Below, piece after piece: positions 1-9,364 of a DNA stretch of 64,000 nt. The translations under genes and the position numbers were made by a program. Location: IMG/VR virus record IMGVR_UViG_3300032007_000028. One strand, given 5' to 3'. The notes under the pieces are model-generated. The model was not told the DNA's origin and ran no database searches. It saw only the letters and a list, made by a program, of their open reading frames with translations. The DNA comes from a virus (lineage: Duplodnaviria; Caudoviricetes). Each line of letters starts with the position of its first letter. The stretch's first letter is position 1.

Positions 1-1204
1 CAACCGTGATTGTCTGAGCGGCCGCTGTACCAGTACCAATACCCGTAACGGCGGATGCGGTAGTTGCTGTGCCAAGACCAGTCATGATTGTCGCGCCCAC
101 AGCGTCTGTAGAATCGAGAGAACCAGTCGCGACTGTCGTAGCATTAGACGCGCTCGTTGCGGCCGTAGTGGACTTGGTGACGACTTTGGACGTCGTGACT
201 TCTGTGTTGCTCGTGACGACGGGAACCGTAACGTCGGTGTTCGTCTTGACCGATGCGACGGTCACGGGTGTATTGCTCGTGACGACCGGAACAGTGACGT
301 CAGTGAACGTATACGGTGTGATGCTTTGCGAGCCGTTGATGCCGGTGACGCTACCCTGCGTGACTGACGCTGTGCCGAATGACAACGTTTCGTTTGCGAC
401 GGAAGCGGTTGCGAGAATTGAACTCGTGTCTGCGTTGCCAACATAGGACACAGACGTTGCGGTCGCCGCGGGTTTCGCGAGACTGACGGCTGTACCAGCA
501 GTCGCTTTGGAAGCGGTCGTCGGGTCGTCGAGAACGAGATTGGTAGCAGTCTTGCTTTCGGTTACGACTTTGCTCGCGGTGGTAGCTGTACCAAACACCG
601 TCTTGGTCGCGACGTAGTCGGTCGATGAGTTGATTGAAGTGAACGTCACGTCTGCGCCAACGCCTTTGATTGACGTGGTTTCTAGTTTGTTCGTGACACC
701 AGGATACGACTTGACGAATGTGTCGTTCGTACCACCAGTGAACGTGACGGAAGAAGACGAGTTCGTAAACGTCGTCGCTTCGCCAAGAACCACATCTTGC
801 GTACCCTGTTGGTACACGACGGTGTCTTTGTACGCGAGTGCACCGAGATTGTCGATGTCGATGTCGGTTGAGCCGAGGACTTCCCACACCCACGACGGCG
901 TCGCTTCTGTGCCCTCGTTCAACGTGACGTATTCGTAGTACTTGGACGCACCGGCTTGGGTGGAGTCGGGTACCATGAATATATAAGAATGGTCGGCGGC
1001 GGCGGCTTGCAAAGTACCGACGATTTCCGTGCCGTGGTCGTACCAGACGACGCCATACGGGGTATCGGCCGCGTTGGTCGACTTCTTGAATTTAAGACCC
1101 GCTGAGGCGAGACCTTCAATCAAATCACGCGCTTCCTGGTCCTTTATGTCATACGTTTGCCCATTTGGCAACGTAATCTTTGAAATGTACTGTTTATCAG
1201 GCAT
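1..1204 (-). CDS. Thr/Ser/Val-rich virion (tail fibre/adhesin-like) protein, runs off the left edge
   Basis: Not in ORF track (no stop in window). ATG at 1204 after AGGAG RBS; MPDKQYISKITLPNGQTYDIKDQEAR... open to position 1; low-complexity beta-strand repeats. Confidence 0.7.
   Translation of the reverse strand, partial: MPDKQYISKITLPNGQTYDIKDQEARDLIEGLASAGLKFKKSTNAADTPYGVVWYDHGTEIVGTLQAAAADHSYIFMVPDSTQAGASKYYEYVTLNEGTEATPSWVWEVLGSTDIDIDNLGALAYKDTVVYQQGTQDVVLGEATTFTNSSSSVTFTGGTNDTFVKSYPGVTNKLETTSIKGVGADVTFTSINSSTDYVATKTVFGTATTASKVVTESKTATNLVLDDPTTASKATAGTAVSLAKPAATATSVSYVGNADTSSILATASVANETLSFGTASVTQGSVTGINGSQSITPYTFTDVTVPVVTSNTPVTVASVKTNTDVTVPVVTSNTEVTTSKVVTKSTTAATSASNATTVATGSLDSTDAVGATIMTGLGTATTASAVTGIGTGTAAAQTITV
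203..301 (-). repeat. Intragenic 33-bp imperfect direct repeat (DVTVPVVTSNT x2, 66-bp spacing)
   Basis: tgtgttgctcgtgacgacgggaaccgtaacgtc (203-235) and tgtattgctcgtgacgaccggaacagtgacgtc (269-301). Confidence 0.8.
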
Positions 1205-1222
1205 TCATTGTTCTCCTAAGTC

Positions 1223-1978
1223 TTAGTCAGTCAATAATTTTAGCAGATGATTAGCAGACACGCCAATTGGCTCAACCTCTGCGCTAACCTTCGTTCTATG
1301 CAATAGTTCCAACTCGGCACGTATCTCTTCTATACGCTCATCTACGAGTATACTGTACTCGTATTCGCCAGTATTCATATCGACCGTGAATTCGCTCATG
1401 TGAGACACACCGATATCGTTGAGAACGGACGCCGTGAATATTCTGAGGTCGTTTGCCATTCTGTTCAATCTATATAGATGCTGTTGATACACGATACACG
1501 TCTGCTTGCGAGCGGTCAACGAGGCCAACTGCTGAACCGTAAGAGTCCCAAACGGTTCGAACAACTCGAACGTCTTATCGGGATAGAACGTATCGGTAGA
1601 CAGAACGTTTCCGTCTGCGTCCAACAGTTTCCAGCGTATACCTGCATCGCCAAGGTCTTCGACCTCAAACGACTTCGCATATGCTCTCATGTCGACGTCT
1701 ATGTCGTCTATGCGTTTGTCGAGACGTGCTTCCTCAGATTGCGCCCTCTCTGTCTCCTTCTCAATCTTCGTATTGAGATACGTAATCGACTGAATGGGAC
1801 CGAACGACACGTAGAGTCTACCTTCGTCCTTCTCAGTTGGCTCACGGCATACGGGAGGCAAAGGCATCACGTCTTTGTTCTTCGCGCTCGTTGGATTCGT
1901 GCTCTTGTCGACGGTGCCGTTTGCGCGTACCGTATATACGGCTCTTTCGTATGAATCGTCGAAACCCATACGACTCAC
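1223..1978 (-). CDS. Hypothetical structural-module protein
   Basis: 251 aa ORF with RBS, coupled to neighbour; short coiled coil ETERAQSEEARLDKRID. Confidence 0.6.
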   Translation of the reverse strand: MSRMGFDDSYERAVYTVRANGTVDKSTNPTSAKNKDVMPLPPVCREPTEKDEGRLYVSFGPIQSITYLNTKIEKETERAQSEEARLDKRIDDIDVDMRAYAKSFEVEDLGDAGIRWKLLDADGNVLSTDTFYPDKTFELFEPFGTLTVQQLASLTARKQTCIVYQQHLYRLNRMANDLRIFTASVLNDIGVSHMSEFTVDMNTGEYEYSILVDERIEEIRAELELLHRTKVSAEVEPIGVSANHLLKLLTD

Positions 1979-2373
1979 CTCTCCTCCAACGTTCTTCTGA
2001 GCGTTATGTCGAACAATCTGCTGAACAGTATCGTACCGTCTTTGTCGACGCGAATCTGAGCGATGCAGTCAAGCAGTCTGTCGTCGAACAAGGACGTCTC
2101 CTCAGGCGTCAACGTGCATTCGACGAATCTGCCGTTTTCGGCGTCAATCACGTCGCTTGGACCGATGTGCTTGGTCAACTTGACCTTATCCTGTTGCAGA
2201 TACGTTATCGTAATTTCATCGAAGTCTCCTTCGTCGCAATAGAACGGGAACTCGAAAACGTGAGTGCATGTGCCACCGATGAACATCTCCTGCTTGGGCT
2301 TTCTGGGCCAAAAGCGTCTGATGTTGTCGGGTGGTACGTAACTATCGTCGAAATACTTTTCATATGCGACCAT
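1975..2373 (-). CDS. BppU-like baseplate/Ig-fold structural protein
   Basis: G-T-T-H-x-F-x-F-P start and 'CTLTPEETSLF...AQIRV' pattern typical of BppU N-terminal-like domains. Confidence 0.5.
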   Translation of the reverse strand: MVAYEKYFDDSYVPPDNIRRFWPRKPKQEMFIGGTCTHVFEFPFYCDEGDFDEITITYLQQDKVKLTKHIGPSDVIDAENGRFVECTLTPEETSLFDDRLLDCIAQIRVDKDGTILFSRLFDITLRRTLEER

Positions 2374-2388
2374 ATTAGTTTCCTCCCG

Positions 2389-3117
2389 TTATCGTATGCC
2401 AAGAGACTTGACCGTGAATTTGTATACCTTGCCCTGCCTGTTGGCGTTCCATGAATCTGCGAACAGTTTCGCCCTCTCATTGAGATGCTTTCTGTCGTAG
2501 CTCAACTCGATGTATTCGCCATCGTTGTAGTCGGCTATCTTACGACCTGTGTTGGGGTCGATTTCGTATGCGAACAAGCCGAAGACCTCATTGCCCTCGG
2601 ACAGATGTTTGTTGAGTTCTTTCGCGATGCGCTTGTCGGCTCTCGTTACCTTTTCGTCGACGATTTCGTCATCGTATTTCGCAGATGCGAATTCTACTTC
2701 GGGTTCTTCTTCGGGCTTCTCTGCACTCTGCATTCCGTCGTAGATGAGGTCACCAGTCTTGGGGTCAATCGTGGCGAGTATCGTATGCAAAGCGCCTATC
2801 TCAAGCGTTCTGCCGTCGACCAAAGAATTGAGCTGAGAGACAACGTCTTCGCCATATTTGTCCGTAACCGTGGCGATGATTGAATTCAGTCTGTCGATGG
2901 ACTCATACGTCGCTGAGATTTCGTTCATAAGCAAAGACGCGTATGCGTTGCGCTCGATTTCGTCGTCGACCTTCTCAACGGGCTCTTCGACGTCAGAGAG
3001 AGCGGTCTCGACTTCGCCCTCAGGTTCGGTCGAGACCACTATCGGTTCGTCAGGCAATGCGGGAGGAAGAACCTCGTCTTCCGGCTCTTCGAGTATCAGT
3101 TTCTCTCTGAGTTGCAT
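2389..3117 (-). CDS. Acidic putative internal head protein
   Basis: 242 aa, very acidic, starts MQLREKLILEE (L-x-E motifs). Confidence 0.45.
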   Translation of the reverse strand: MQLREKLILEEPEDEVLPPALPDEPIVVSTEPEGEVETALSDVEEPVEKVDDEIERNAYASLLMNEISATYESIDRLNSIIATVTDKYGEDVVSQLNSLVDGRTLEIGALHTILATIDPKTGDLIYDGMQSAEKPEEEPEVEFASAKYDDEIVDEKVTRADKRIAKELNKHLSEGNEVFGLFAYEIDPNTGRKIADYNDGEYIELSYDRKHLNERAKLFADSWNANRQGKVYKFTVKSLGIR

Positions 3118-3121
3118 CTGA

Positions 3122-6100
3122 CTATTCCTCCTCTTCGTAGATGCCGAGCCATTCTTTGACGAAATCCCAATCGAACCACAGCAGGTCGTTAAGTTTCGTC
3201 ATCGTAATGCCATCGGGATATTCTTCTTCGAGTATCGTTTCGAGACTGTCAACGAGGTTGTTGTCCTGTATATAGTCCCAGTGCGAGACTGCACCGCCCC
3301 ACGGTTCGTATTCACTGATGTCTGAGATTATCTTGAGACTCTCCTCGACCTTATTGTTGCCACCGAACTTCTCGTGTGCATAGTCTATGACTTCGTCGGT
3401 CTGATACAAACCTTCGTACCAGAGAACTCCATCAGGATACATCCCGTTGTGTTTTGCGAGATACGCGTCATCGTCGTTCGAGTCTACGTATTCCTTGATT
3501 TCGGCTTCGAGACCTGCGAGTTCTTCGTCTGAGAGTTCGCGTCTCAGTTCGTCGAAGTGACGAGACTGCTTGAGAGTCGACAGAGCCGGATATTTGGAGC
3601 GTTCTTTCGCAGACGCTTTTTTCGCATCGTCAAGGTCTTCGTACCATTGACCGGCTTCGAGGTCGCTCGTCGCGAGATGCGGTTCGTATTCTGATTCGTC
3701 TTCGTTTTCGGCTTGTTCTCTGCCGCCATCGGAGATGACGTAGTCGAGATACTCTTTGCAGTGTTCTTGTACGAATTTGTCGAACTCTGCTTCGACTTCG
3801 GGGTCATCGGAGTCTGAATCTTCGTGACCAGTCTCTTCCAAGAACATGTCCCACAAAGCGTTTTCGATGTCCCAGTAATTGAGTCTGTGCCCAAGGTATT
3901 CGAGTTCGGGGTCGGATTGCGTGCCGTTCCAGATAAACTCAACGCCTTCGCAACCACGATACCATCTCTCGTTGTCAAGAGACTCTTCGCATTTGCTCTC
4001 TTCGAGTCTGATGAACACACCGACGTTGTCGCAGAGGTCGTAGAGTTCGCCGAGAAGATAGTCGCACTCGTCTTCGTCGTAATCCTCCAAGTTTTCGAAC
4101 CCATCGATGAGGTCGTATGTTTCGCTGTCGTCGCCAAGATATTCCTCGACGTCTTTCAATATAGCGATTGCGGCCTTTCTGATGCCTTCGTAGTCTGCAT
4201 CGTTTATCGCATCGTGAAGTCCATGATTGCTGACCGTCTTCTCCCAACGGGCTTTTCTCTTTGGAGCTTCACCATCACGATGGCTCATAGCGTCCAGAGC
4301 GGCCTGCACTTGACGCTCTTGGTCTTCCTCGTCTTCAGATTCCTTAATGCACCCATTCACGCGCTTACCTTTAATCTTGTTGGAACGATTCATGGATTCG
4401 TCGTAGATAAAACTCAGGTCTTCTTTGTGTTTGGCAATCAGCTTTCTGAGGTTCTCGGGTGTGTTCTTCATGATGTCGAAGGTGAATCCGTCTTCGCTCT
4501 TTCCCTTTGTGACAGCGTCTTCTACGGAGGAGAATTCTTCGTCATCAGGGTCATCGGACAAATTAAACGAAAGCACTACGCCTTCTCCATCGTTGTAGCA
4601 AATCAACTCGTCCTCTTCGTGATAGTAATCGTCGGAGATTAAATTGGCTTTGTATTTCTCGAATTCAGCATCCGTCAGTTCAACGGGTTCGTCTGCATGA
4701 GATTGTTCCATCTCTTCTTCCTCTTTTGCGATAAAGTGATTCGCGTTCAAGACAGGCACAACTTTAATGACGGAGGAAAGATAATCTTCGTCTTTGGTTT
4801 CCAATTCTTCCATGCTGTCGACTCGTAGGTAATTACGAAGTTCTTCTTTGCCTTTCGAATCATCACCAGCGTTATGCCAGTACGACGTGATGTGTTCGCC
4901 TACGTCATGTGCGATGTCGACGAGGCTGGGAATGCTATTTTTGTCGTAGTATTTTGTCGCGTTCTTTATGTCTATGCCCCCTAACTTCGAAGGAAGTTTG
5001 GTGAGATGGTGAGTACTGCATGAGACATTGGCGCCTCTTTGCGATACACCATCTTTGTCGGAAACGTAGAATCTGTAGTCTGGGTCTTTGCGACCATAGA
5101 AACGAACCACATAGAATAAGGCTTCATCTTTATCGTCGTGTTTGACGTTTATTTCGCCAGCGTCGAGCGTGGGACCAAATTTCGTAAAGTCTGTCCAATG
5201 CGACAGAAGTTTACGCATGTCTTCCTTCGAATTGAACAAGTAGAAATCTTCGAAAGCTCCTGTTTTCGGACCTATACGGGCAATGAACGGCTTGTCGTTG
5301 CCGTCTTCCTTGAGAGAGTCATTGACCAGATTCTGCTTATTCTGTCTTTCTGTGGACTTGCAGAGTTCGTCTTTGGTTTCCTTAGACATTCTAGAAACAC
5401 GCTTTTTGGCTTCTTTCTCGTTTTCGCAAGAACCATTTGCGACGAGTCTGTCAGCAAGTTCTTTGTCGGAGCAAGATTCGTTCTTCTCTTTCCCTTCGTA
5501 CAAACGAAGTTCTTTTGCCTTCCACTTATTGAGTGCTTCGACAGCTTTCTGCCACTTGTCTTCGCCTTCTCCACAGTCTTTGCTGAACACGCGTTCCTGC
5601 TCGTTGTCGAAGTGATAGGTATTGATGTCGTCTGCATCGCCATAGGGACGCTTATAGACGTCCTTGACCACGTCGACGAAGACATAGCAGTCGTCGAGAG
5701 TATGGCCCATCAAAGACACAGTCACATGATAGATGACCTTCTCATCATCGTTGTCGACCGCGATTCTGTTGCTGTGCAGACTGCGCTTCAATTCGATGAC
5801 TCTGTCGACGAGATGTTGCGGGTCGAAGTCTTTGAGAGTACCATTAATCCACCAACCGGAAACGGGTTCCTCATATTCGCCATCGTGAATCTCTTCGCAG
5901 AGTTCTTCGTCTTCGCATTCGCACTTGCCCTCTTTAACGCATTCTACAATCTTGTCGAGGATTTCATGATTCTCTGCACAGTCGATGATAGTCTCAGGCA
6001 AAGCGTGGGTTTCTTTTAATATGTAATCGCGTTGAACGTCGGTGAGTTCGAAACGGGAGAAACCATCTTTGATAGCCTGTTCCATGGCCTCAGCATCACC

Positions 6101-6646
6101 GTCGAAGACTTCCATGTCATCGATACGAGCGATGTAGAGAGGGGAGTTCTCAGCGTCTTGGAATACGCCATAGCCATGTACGAGTTCGAATCCAGTCCAA
6201 CCGTTCTCTTCGCCAATTCTGATTTGCTCTTCGTTGGGTCTGATGTCACCTTCGATGGCGTCCGTTCTCTTGCCGACGTAGATTTCGGGTTCGTTGCTTC
6301 CCTCTTCGACGTCTTCTTTGAGATAAGAAACGTCGTATCTCATGCCTTCCGTTTTGCTACGGGAGATTTTGTATGCGATTCCGTTTTCCTTGAGGTTCTT
6401 GACGAAAGCGGCCAATTCGCTTCTGCTCTTAAGGGATTCGACGAAGTCTTTGCCCTTCGTTTCGAGGGCGACCTTGCGTGCGTCTTTCAGTCTCTTCTGC
6501 ACTTCGGCACGAATCTTGGCCGCTTGCTCTTCGACGTCTTCGGGCCAATTGGTCTTGCGAGAAACGTCGACCGGCTCCAAAACGGTGCCAGTATCGGTCT
6601 TCTTGTCCTCAATCAACGTATCGCGTTTGATTTTGTTGATTTTCAT
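3122..6646 (-). CDS. 1174 aa acidic modular protein, putative protease-processed internal head polyprotein
   Basis: GGAGG RBS; repeated [LIV]-x-E-[SDG] motifs between unrelated modules; preceded by TGCTAAA motif. Confidence 0.6.
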   Translation of the reverse strand: MKINKIKRDTLIEDKKTDTGTVLEPVDVSRKTNWPEDVEEQAAKIRAEVQKRLKDARKVALETKGKDFVESLKSRSELAAFVKNLKENGIAYKISRSKTEGMRYDVSYLKEDVEEGSNEPEIYVGKRTDAIEGDIRPNEEQIRIGEENGWTGFELVHGYGVFQDAENSPLYIARIDDMEVFDGDAEAMEQAIKDGFSRFELTDVQRDYILKETHALPETIIDCAENHEILDKIVECVKEGKCECEDEELCEEIHDGEYEEPVSGWWINGTLKDFDPQHLVDRVIELKRSLHSNRIAVDNDDEKVIYHVTVSLMGHTLDDCYVFVDVVKDVYKRPYGDADDINTYHFDNEQERVFSKDCGEGEDKWQKAVEALNKWKAKELRLYEGKEKNESCSDKELADRLVANGSCENEKEAKKRVSRMSKETKDELCKSTERQNKQNLVNDSLKEDGNDKPFIARIGPKTGAFEDFYLFNSKEDMRKLLSHWTDFTKFGPTLDAGEINVKHDDKDEALFYVVRFYGRKDPDYRFYVSDKDGVSQRGANVSCSTHHLTKLPSKLGGIDIKNATKYYDKNSIPSLVDIAHDVGEHITSYWHNAGDDSKGKEELRNYLRVDSMEELETKDEDYLSSVIKVVPVLNANHFIAKEEEEMEQSHADEPVELTDAEFEKYKANLISDDYYHEEDELICYNDGEGVVLSFNLSDDPDDEEFSSVEDAVTKGKSEDGFTFDIMKNTPENLRKLIAKHKEDLSFIYDESMNRSNKIKGKRVNGCIKESEDEEDQERQVQAALDAMSHRDGEAPKRKARWEKTVSNHGLHDAINDADYEGIRKAAIAILKDVEEYLGDDSETYDLIDGFENLEDYDEDECDYLLGELYDLCDNVGVFIRLEESKCEESLDNERWYRGCEGVEFIWNGTQSDPELEYLGHRLNYWDIENALWDMFLEETGHEDSDSDDPEVEAEFDKFVQEHCKEYLDYVISDGGREQAENEDESEYEPHLATSDLEAGQWYEDLDDAKKASAKERSKYPALSTLKQSRHFDELRRELSDEELAGLEAEIKEYVDSNDDDAYLAKHNGMYPDGVLWYEGLYQTDEVIDYAHEKFGGNNKVEESLKIISDISEYEPWGGAVSHWDYIQDNNLVDSLETILEEEYPDGITMTKLNDLLWFDWDFVKEWLGIYEEEE

Positions 6647-6715
6647 ATGTGTTTCCTCCTACCTTTATAGATTAGGCATAACTCAATCGATTAATTTAGC
6701 AAAAATCGTCAGAGA

Positions 6716-7837
6716 TTATCCAACGATTCTCCCACGAGTCACTTTCGTCTGCTTGACTCCTTTGTACTCGTCGTGGGACTTGACCGTCGCAACGACCTTC
6801 ATGCCAGCTTCTAGATACGTGGAAGTCGACCAGATGATGACGTTACCATCAGTGGTGACGATTTCGTACATATACGAATCGAGAGCGTAATAGGAATATT
6901 GGGAATTGCTCTTCGTATAGAGGGTACGAACGTTGGCGATTTCGAATTCGATGCGTTCACCGACTTCTCCAACGTAACCACTATTCTGCTTCTTGAGTTC
7001 TTCCAACGCACGACGCTTTTCTTCCGCTTTCTTCTTGAGATAGACGTTGACGAGGGAAGCGAGAAGGGCGATGTCCCTGTCGTCGTAGCCAGTGACGCTC
7101 TGCCACATGGTCTTGGCGTTGTAGGAGTATTCGCTGTCGGTCTTCATGTTGGCGACGAACTCGTCGATTTCGGCAAGCTCGTCCTTGTACTCGTCGAAGC
7201 GACCACCATCACGAAGGGCCTTCGAGATGCGACCAGCGGTGATGCCACCAGACACGTAACCATCGTTGGACACGATTTCGTAGCAAGCGCGCTTGACTTT
7301 GAGATTGGGATATCCATACCCGCTGGGCAACGAACCACCAAGAAGGTCGAAGTCGTCTTCGAGATAGGCTTCTTCGCACTTGTCGAGGAACGACATCATC
7401 TCAGCGCAGACCTTAGCGTCGAGACCGTTGGTGTACTGCATGAGGCACTGACGACCGACTTGCTTGAATTCGTCCGTATCGACGTTGTGGATGATGTAGG
7501 TGTCTTTGCGAACGCGATTGGTGTTGCAGTGCTCGCAGTGGGCTTCGCAAGTGCGGAACCGTTCGGGAAGTTTGTCTTCGAGGGTATCGTCGACGCAACG
7601 GATGATATTGCCGTTTTCGCGATGTTCGAGGGTACCAACGAATTCCCAACCGTTGATGCGATAGAAGCCTTCGACCTCGACTTCACGAGCTTTGTAGACG
7701 AGACCAGGGTATCTTTCGCTCTTGACGTCGATGACGTTTGAAGACACGTCGAAGACCACGTCGACGCCTTTGTTGGCGATACGTGCGATTTTCTTTCTGA
7801 GTGCTTCGATTTTGACTTCGGGAATGGTGTAGGTCAT
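6716..7837 (-). CDS. Conserved phage protein with Cys-cluster (CEHC...C) and C-terminal OB-fold
   Basis: HCEHCNTNRVRKDTY...VGRQC; C-terminal 'YVGEVGERIEF...ATVKSHDEYKGVKQTKVTR' OB-like; own sigmaA promoter. Confidence 0.6.
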   Translation of the reverse strand: MTYTIPEVKIEALRKKIARIANKGVDVVFDVSSNVIDVKSERYPGLVYKAREVEVEGFYRINGWEFVGTLEHRENGNIIRCVDDTLEDKLPERFRTCEAHCEHCNTNRVRKDTYIIHNVDTDEFKQVGRQCLMQYTNGLDAKVCAEMMSFLDKCEEAYLEDDFDLLGGSLPSGYGYPNLKVKRACYEIVSNDGYVSGGITAGRISKALRDGGRFDEYKDELAEIDEFVANMKTDSEYSYNAKTMWQSVTGYDDRDIALLASLVNVYLKKKAEEKRRALEELKKQNSGYVGEVGERIEFEIANVRTLYTKSNSQYSYYALDSYMYEIVTTDGNVIIWSTSTYLEAGMKVVATVKSHDEYKGVKQTKVTRGRIVG

Positions 7838-7867
7838 AGTTGGTCCCTCTCTTAATTTCTTGCTTAT

Positions 7868-7896
7868 ATTATATAGAGAAAATTTTAGAGTGTAAA
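7868..7896 (-). promoter_or_regulatory. sigmaA-type promoter TTTACA-17-TATAAT
   Basis: Minus strand tttaca ctctaaaattttctcta tataat upstream of the 7837 start. Confidence 0.75.
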
Positions 7897-7913
7897 GAAA
7901 AAAAGCAACCGAG

Positions 7914-8222
7914 TTATTTCGATTGCTTCGCTTTCTCTTGGAGTCGCTTGAACTTGTCGTATTCTGCGTCTCTGACCTTCACGTATTTCTGAGGCAGTTC
8001 GCCCTCGTCGTCGAGCCATGCAATTGGAATCGCATAGCACTTTATCTTACCGTTCGTGGTCGACTTGCATTCCCGTATGACCTTGTCCCCATCGAACGAG
8101 TAGAGCGACGTTTTGTTCCTGTCGCAACAGAAGAATAGTTCGTTTCTTCCAAACGTGACCTTACGCACGTCTACCAACACCTCTTGTGTGCTGTACTTGG
8201 GTTGCCAAATCGCTATCGCCAT
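7914..8222 (-). CDS. Hypothetical protein
   Basis: ORF; start moved to MAIAIWQ after GGGAG RBS. Confidence 0.6.
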   Translation of the reverse strand: MAIAIWQPKYSTQEVLVDVRKVTFGRNELFFCCDRNKTSLYSFDGDKVIRECKSTTNGKIKCYAIPIAWLDDEGELPQKYVKVRDAEYDKFKRLQEKAKQSK

Positions 8223-8235
8223 AAATCTCCCTTCT

Positions 8236-8472
8236 TCACAACAATTCACTGTTGCCAGAGAACGACCACATATTCAAGTCGGTGTACTCACGCTTGCTAT
8301 TCAATTCGTCGTCGGTATGTATTTCCGATTCGTCGAGATAGCGTATGTATTTGTCATCGATGGATTTTAGTTTGTACGTCGTATTGCAGTGGTCGTCAAT
8401 CATGATTCCGCAGACGACGAGGTCCTCGCCTCCGAACTTGACTTGCTCGTCGATGTCGTATTTAGTTATCAT
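8236..8472 (-). CDS. Hypothetical small SH3-like protein
   Basis: MITKYDIDEQVKF... pattern. Confidence 0.5.
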   Translation of the reverse strand: MITKYDIDEQVKFGGEDLVVCGIMIDDHCNTTYKLKSIDDKYIRYLDESEIHTDDELNSKREYTDLNMWSFSGNSELL

Positions 8473-8890
8473 CTTCTTCCGACTTCTTTCCGCATGCAAT
8501 CTGCTTCTCAAACTCAATCTGCTCGCGCTCGTCGTACCAACGACCGTACTGATTCTTCTTGTACGTAGGATGCTCTTTGAGCCAATTGTTCAGATACTCG
8601 TCGCATTCTTCGTCGTATAGATAGACGACGCTTTCGTCTGGCAATTCTAGGGCACGCATCACCACATGCTGGTCGTCGACGAACTCGAATTTCTCTTCGC
8701 CATAGGCACTGTCATAGTAATGTTCGAACCAGTCGACGACGGTGGTCGTACCGTCGGTCCACATGTGAACGTCCATGAATACGTCCTCGCTCTTCTCGTT
8801 GTACTCGACGAAATACTTCAGCAGTTTGTCGAGCAATCCGTTTTTGATGTCCTCCGCAGAGAACGACATCGAATTGTATTTTGTCTTCAT
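8462..8890 (-). CDS. Hypothetical protein
   Basis: 142 aa ORF with AAGGAG RBS and upstream TGTATAAT. Confidence 0.65.
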   Translation of the reverse strand: MKTKYNSMSFSAEDIKNGLLDKLLKYFVEYNEKSEDVFMDVHMWTDGTTTVVDWFEHYYDSAYGEEKFEFVDDQHVVMRALELPDESVVYLYDEECDEYLNNWLKEHPTYKKNQYGRWYDEREQIEFEKQIACGKKSEEDDN

Positions 8891-8960
8891 GATTGGGGCT
8901 CCTTTCTTGGTCTGCTTTATTATACAATCTCAGGTCGCTTAGACGCATACTTCGCATGAA

Positions 8961-9024
8961 TGTGAATAACTATGTGAATAAAATGTGAATAACTTTTTGA
9001 AATTCTGTCCTGCTATGTGAATAA
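8961..9024. promoter_or_regulatory. Cluster of four co-oriented DnaA boxes (TTATTCACA on minus strand)
   Basis: TGTGAATAA at 8961-8969, 8973-8981, 8984-8992, 9016-9024; matches TTATNCACA consensus. Confidence 0.75.
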
Positions 9025-9237
9025 CTTTTTCCTCATGTAAATTCTTTTCATTTTCGTTCTCATCAAAAAGTGTAGACGCCATCGAATCTTTTTCACGATT
9101 TTTCAGTAAATCTTCTCAAATTGTCTAAAAATGTCTCTTCAATTTTTGAAAATTTTCGGTGCTAAACTGTCGTAGAAGTAATAATAAATAGTCAAAATAA
9201 CTCTTTTCAAACTTCATTCAAACTCCAAAAAACACAT

Positions 9238-9293
9238 TATATACGTGTGTGTGCGTATATGTGTACGTATGTGTGTATGTGCATATGTATGTA
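9238..9293. repeat. 56-bp perfectly alternating purine/pyrimidine tract
   Basis: tatatacgtgtgtgtgcgtatatgtgtacgtatgtgtgtatgtgcatatgtatgta; imperfect continuation to about 9325. Confidence 0.85.
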
Positions 9294-9327
9294 GGTGTAC
9301 GTAGTGTACGTATACGCATAGCGTAAA

Positions 9328-9364
9328 TAAAAAGACGTTGCATGTAGAACGTCTTCTTTTTTTA
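9328..9364. terminator. Bidirectional intrinsic terminator
   Basis: AAGACGTT-gcatgtag-AACGTCTT flanked by A-run and T-run, at end of 9362..9955. Confidence 0.6.

Noticed and set aside
8961-9024. CRISPR mini-array
   Set aside because: Repeats are 9-11 bp with 2-23 bp gaps; no CRISPR-like repeat-spacer array or cas gene was seen in the window
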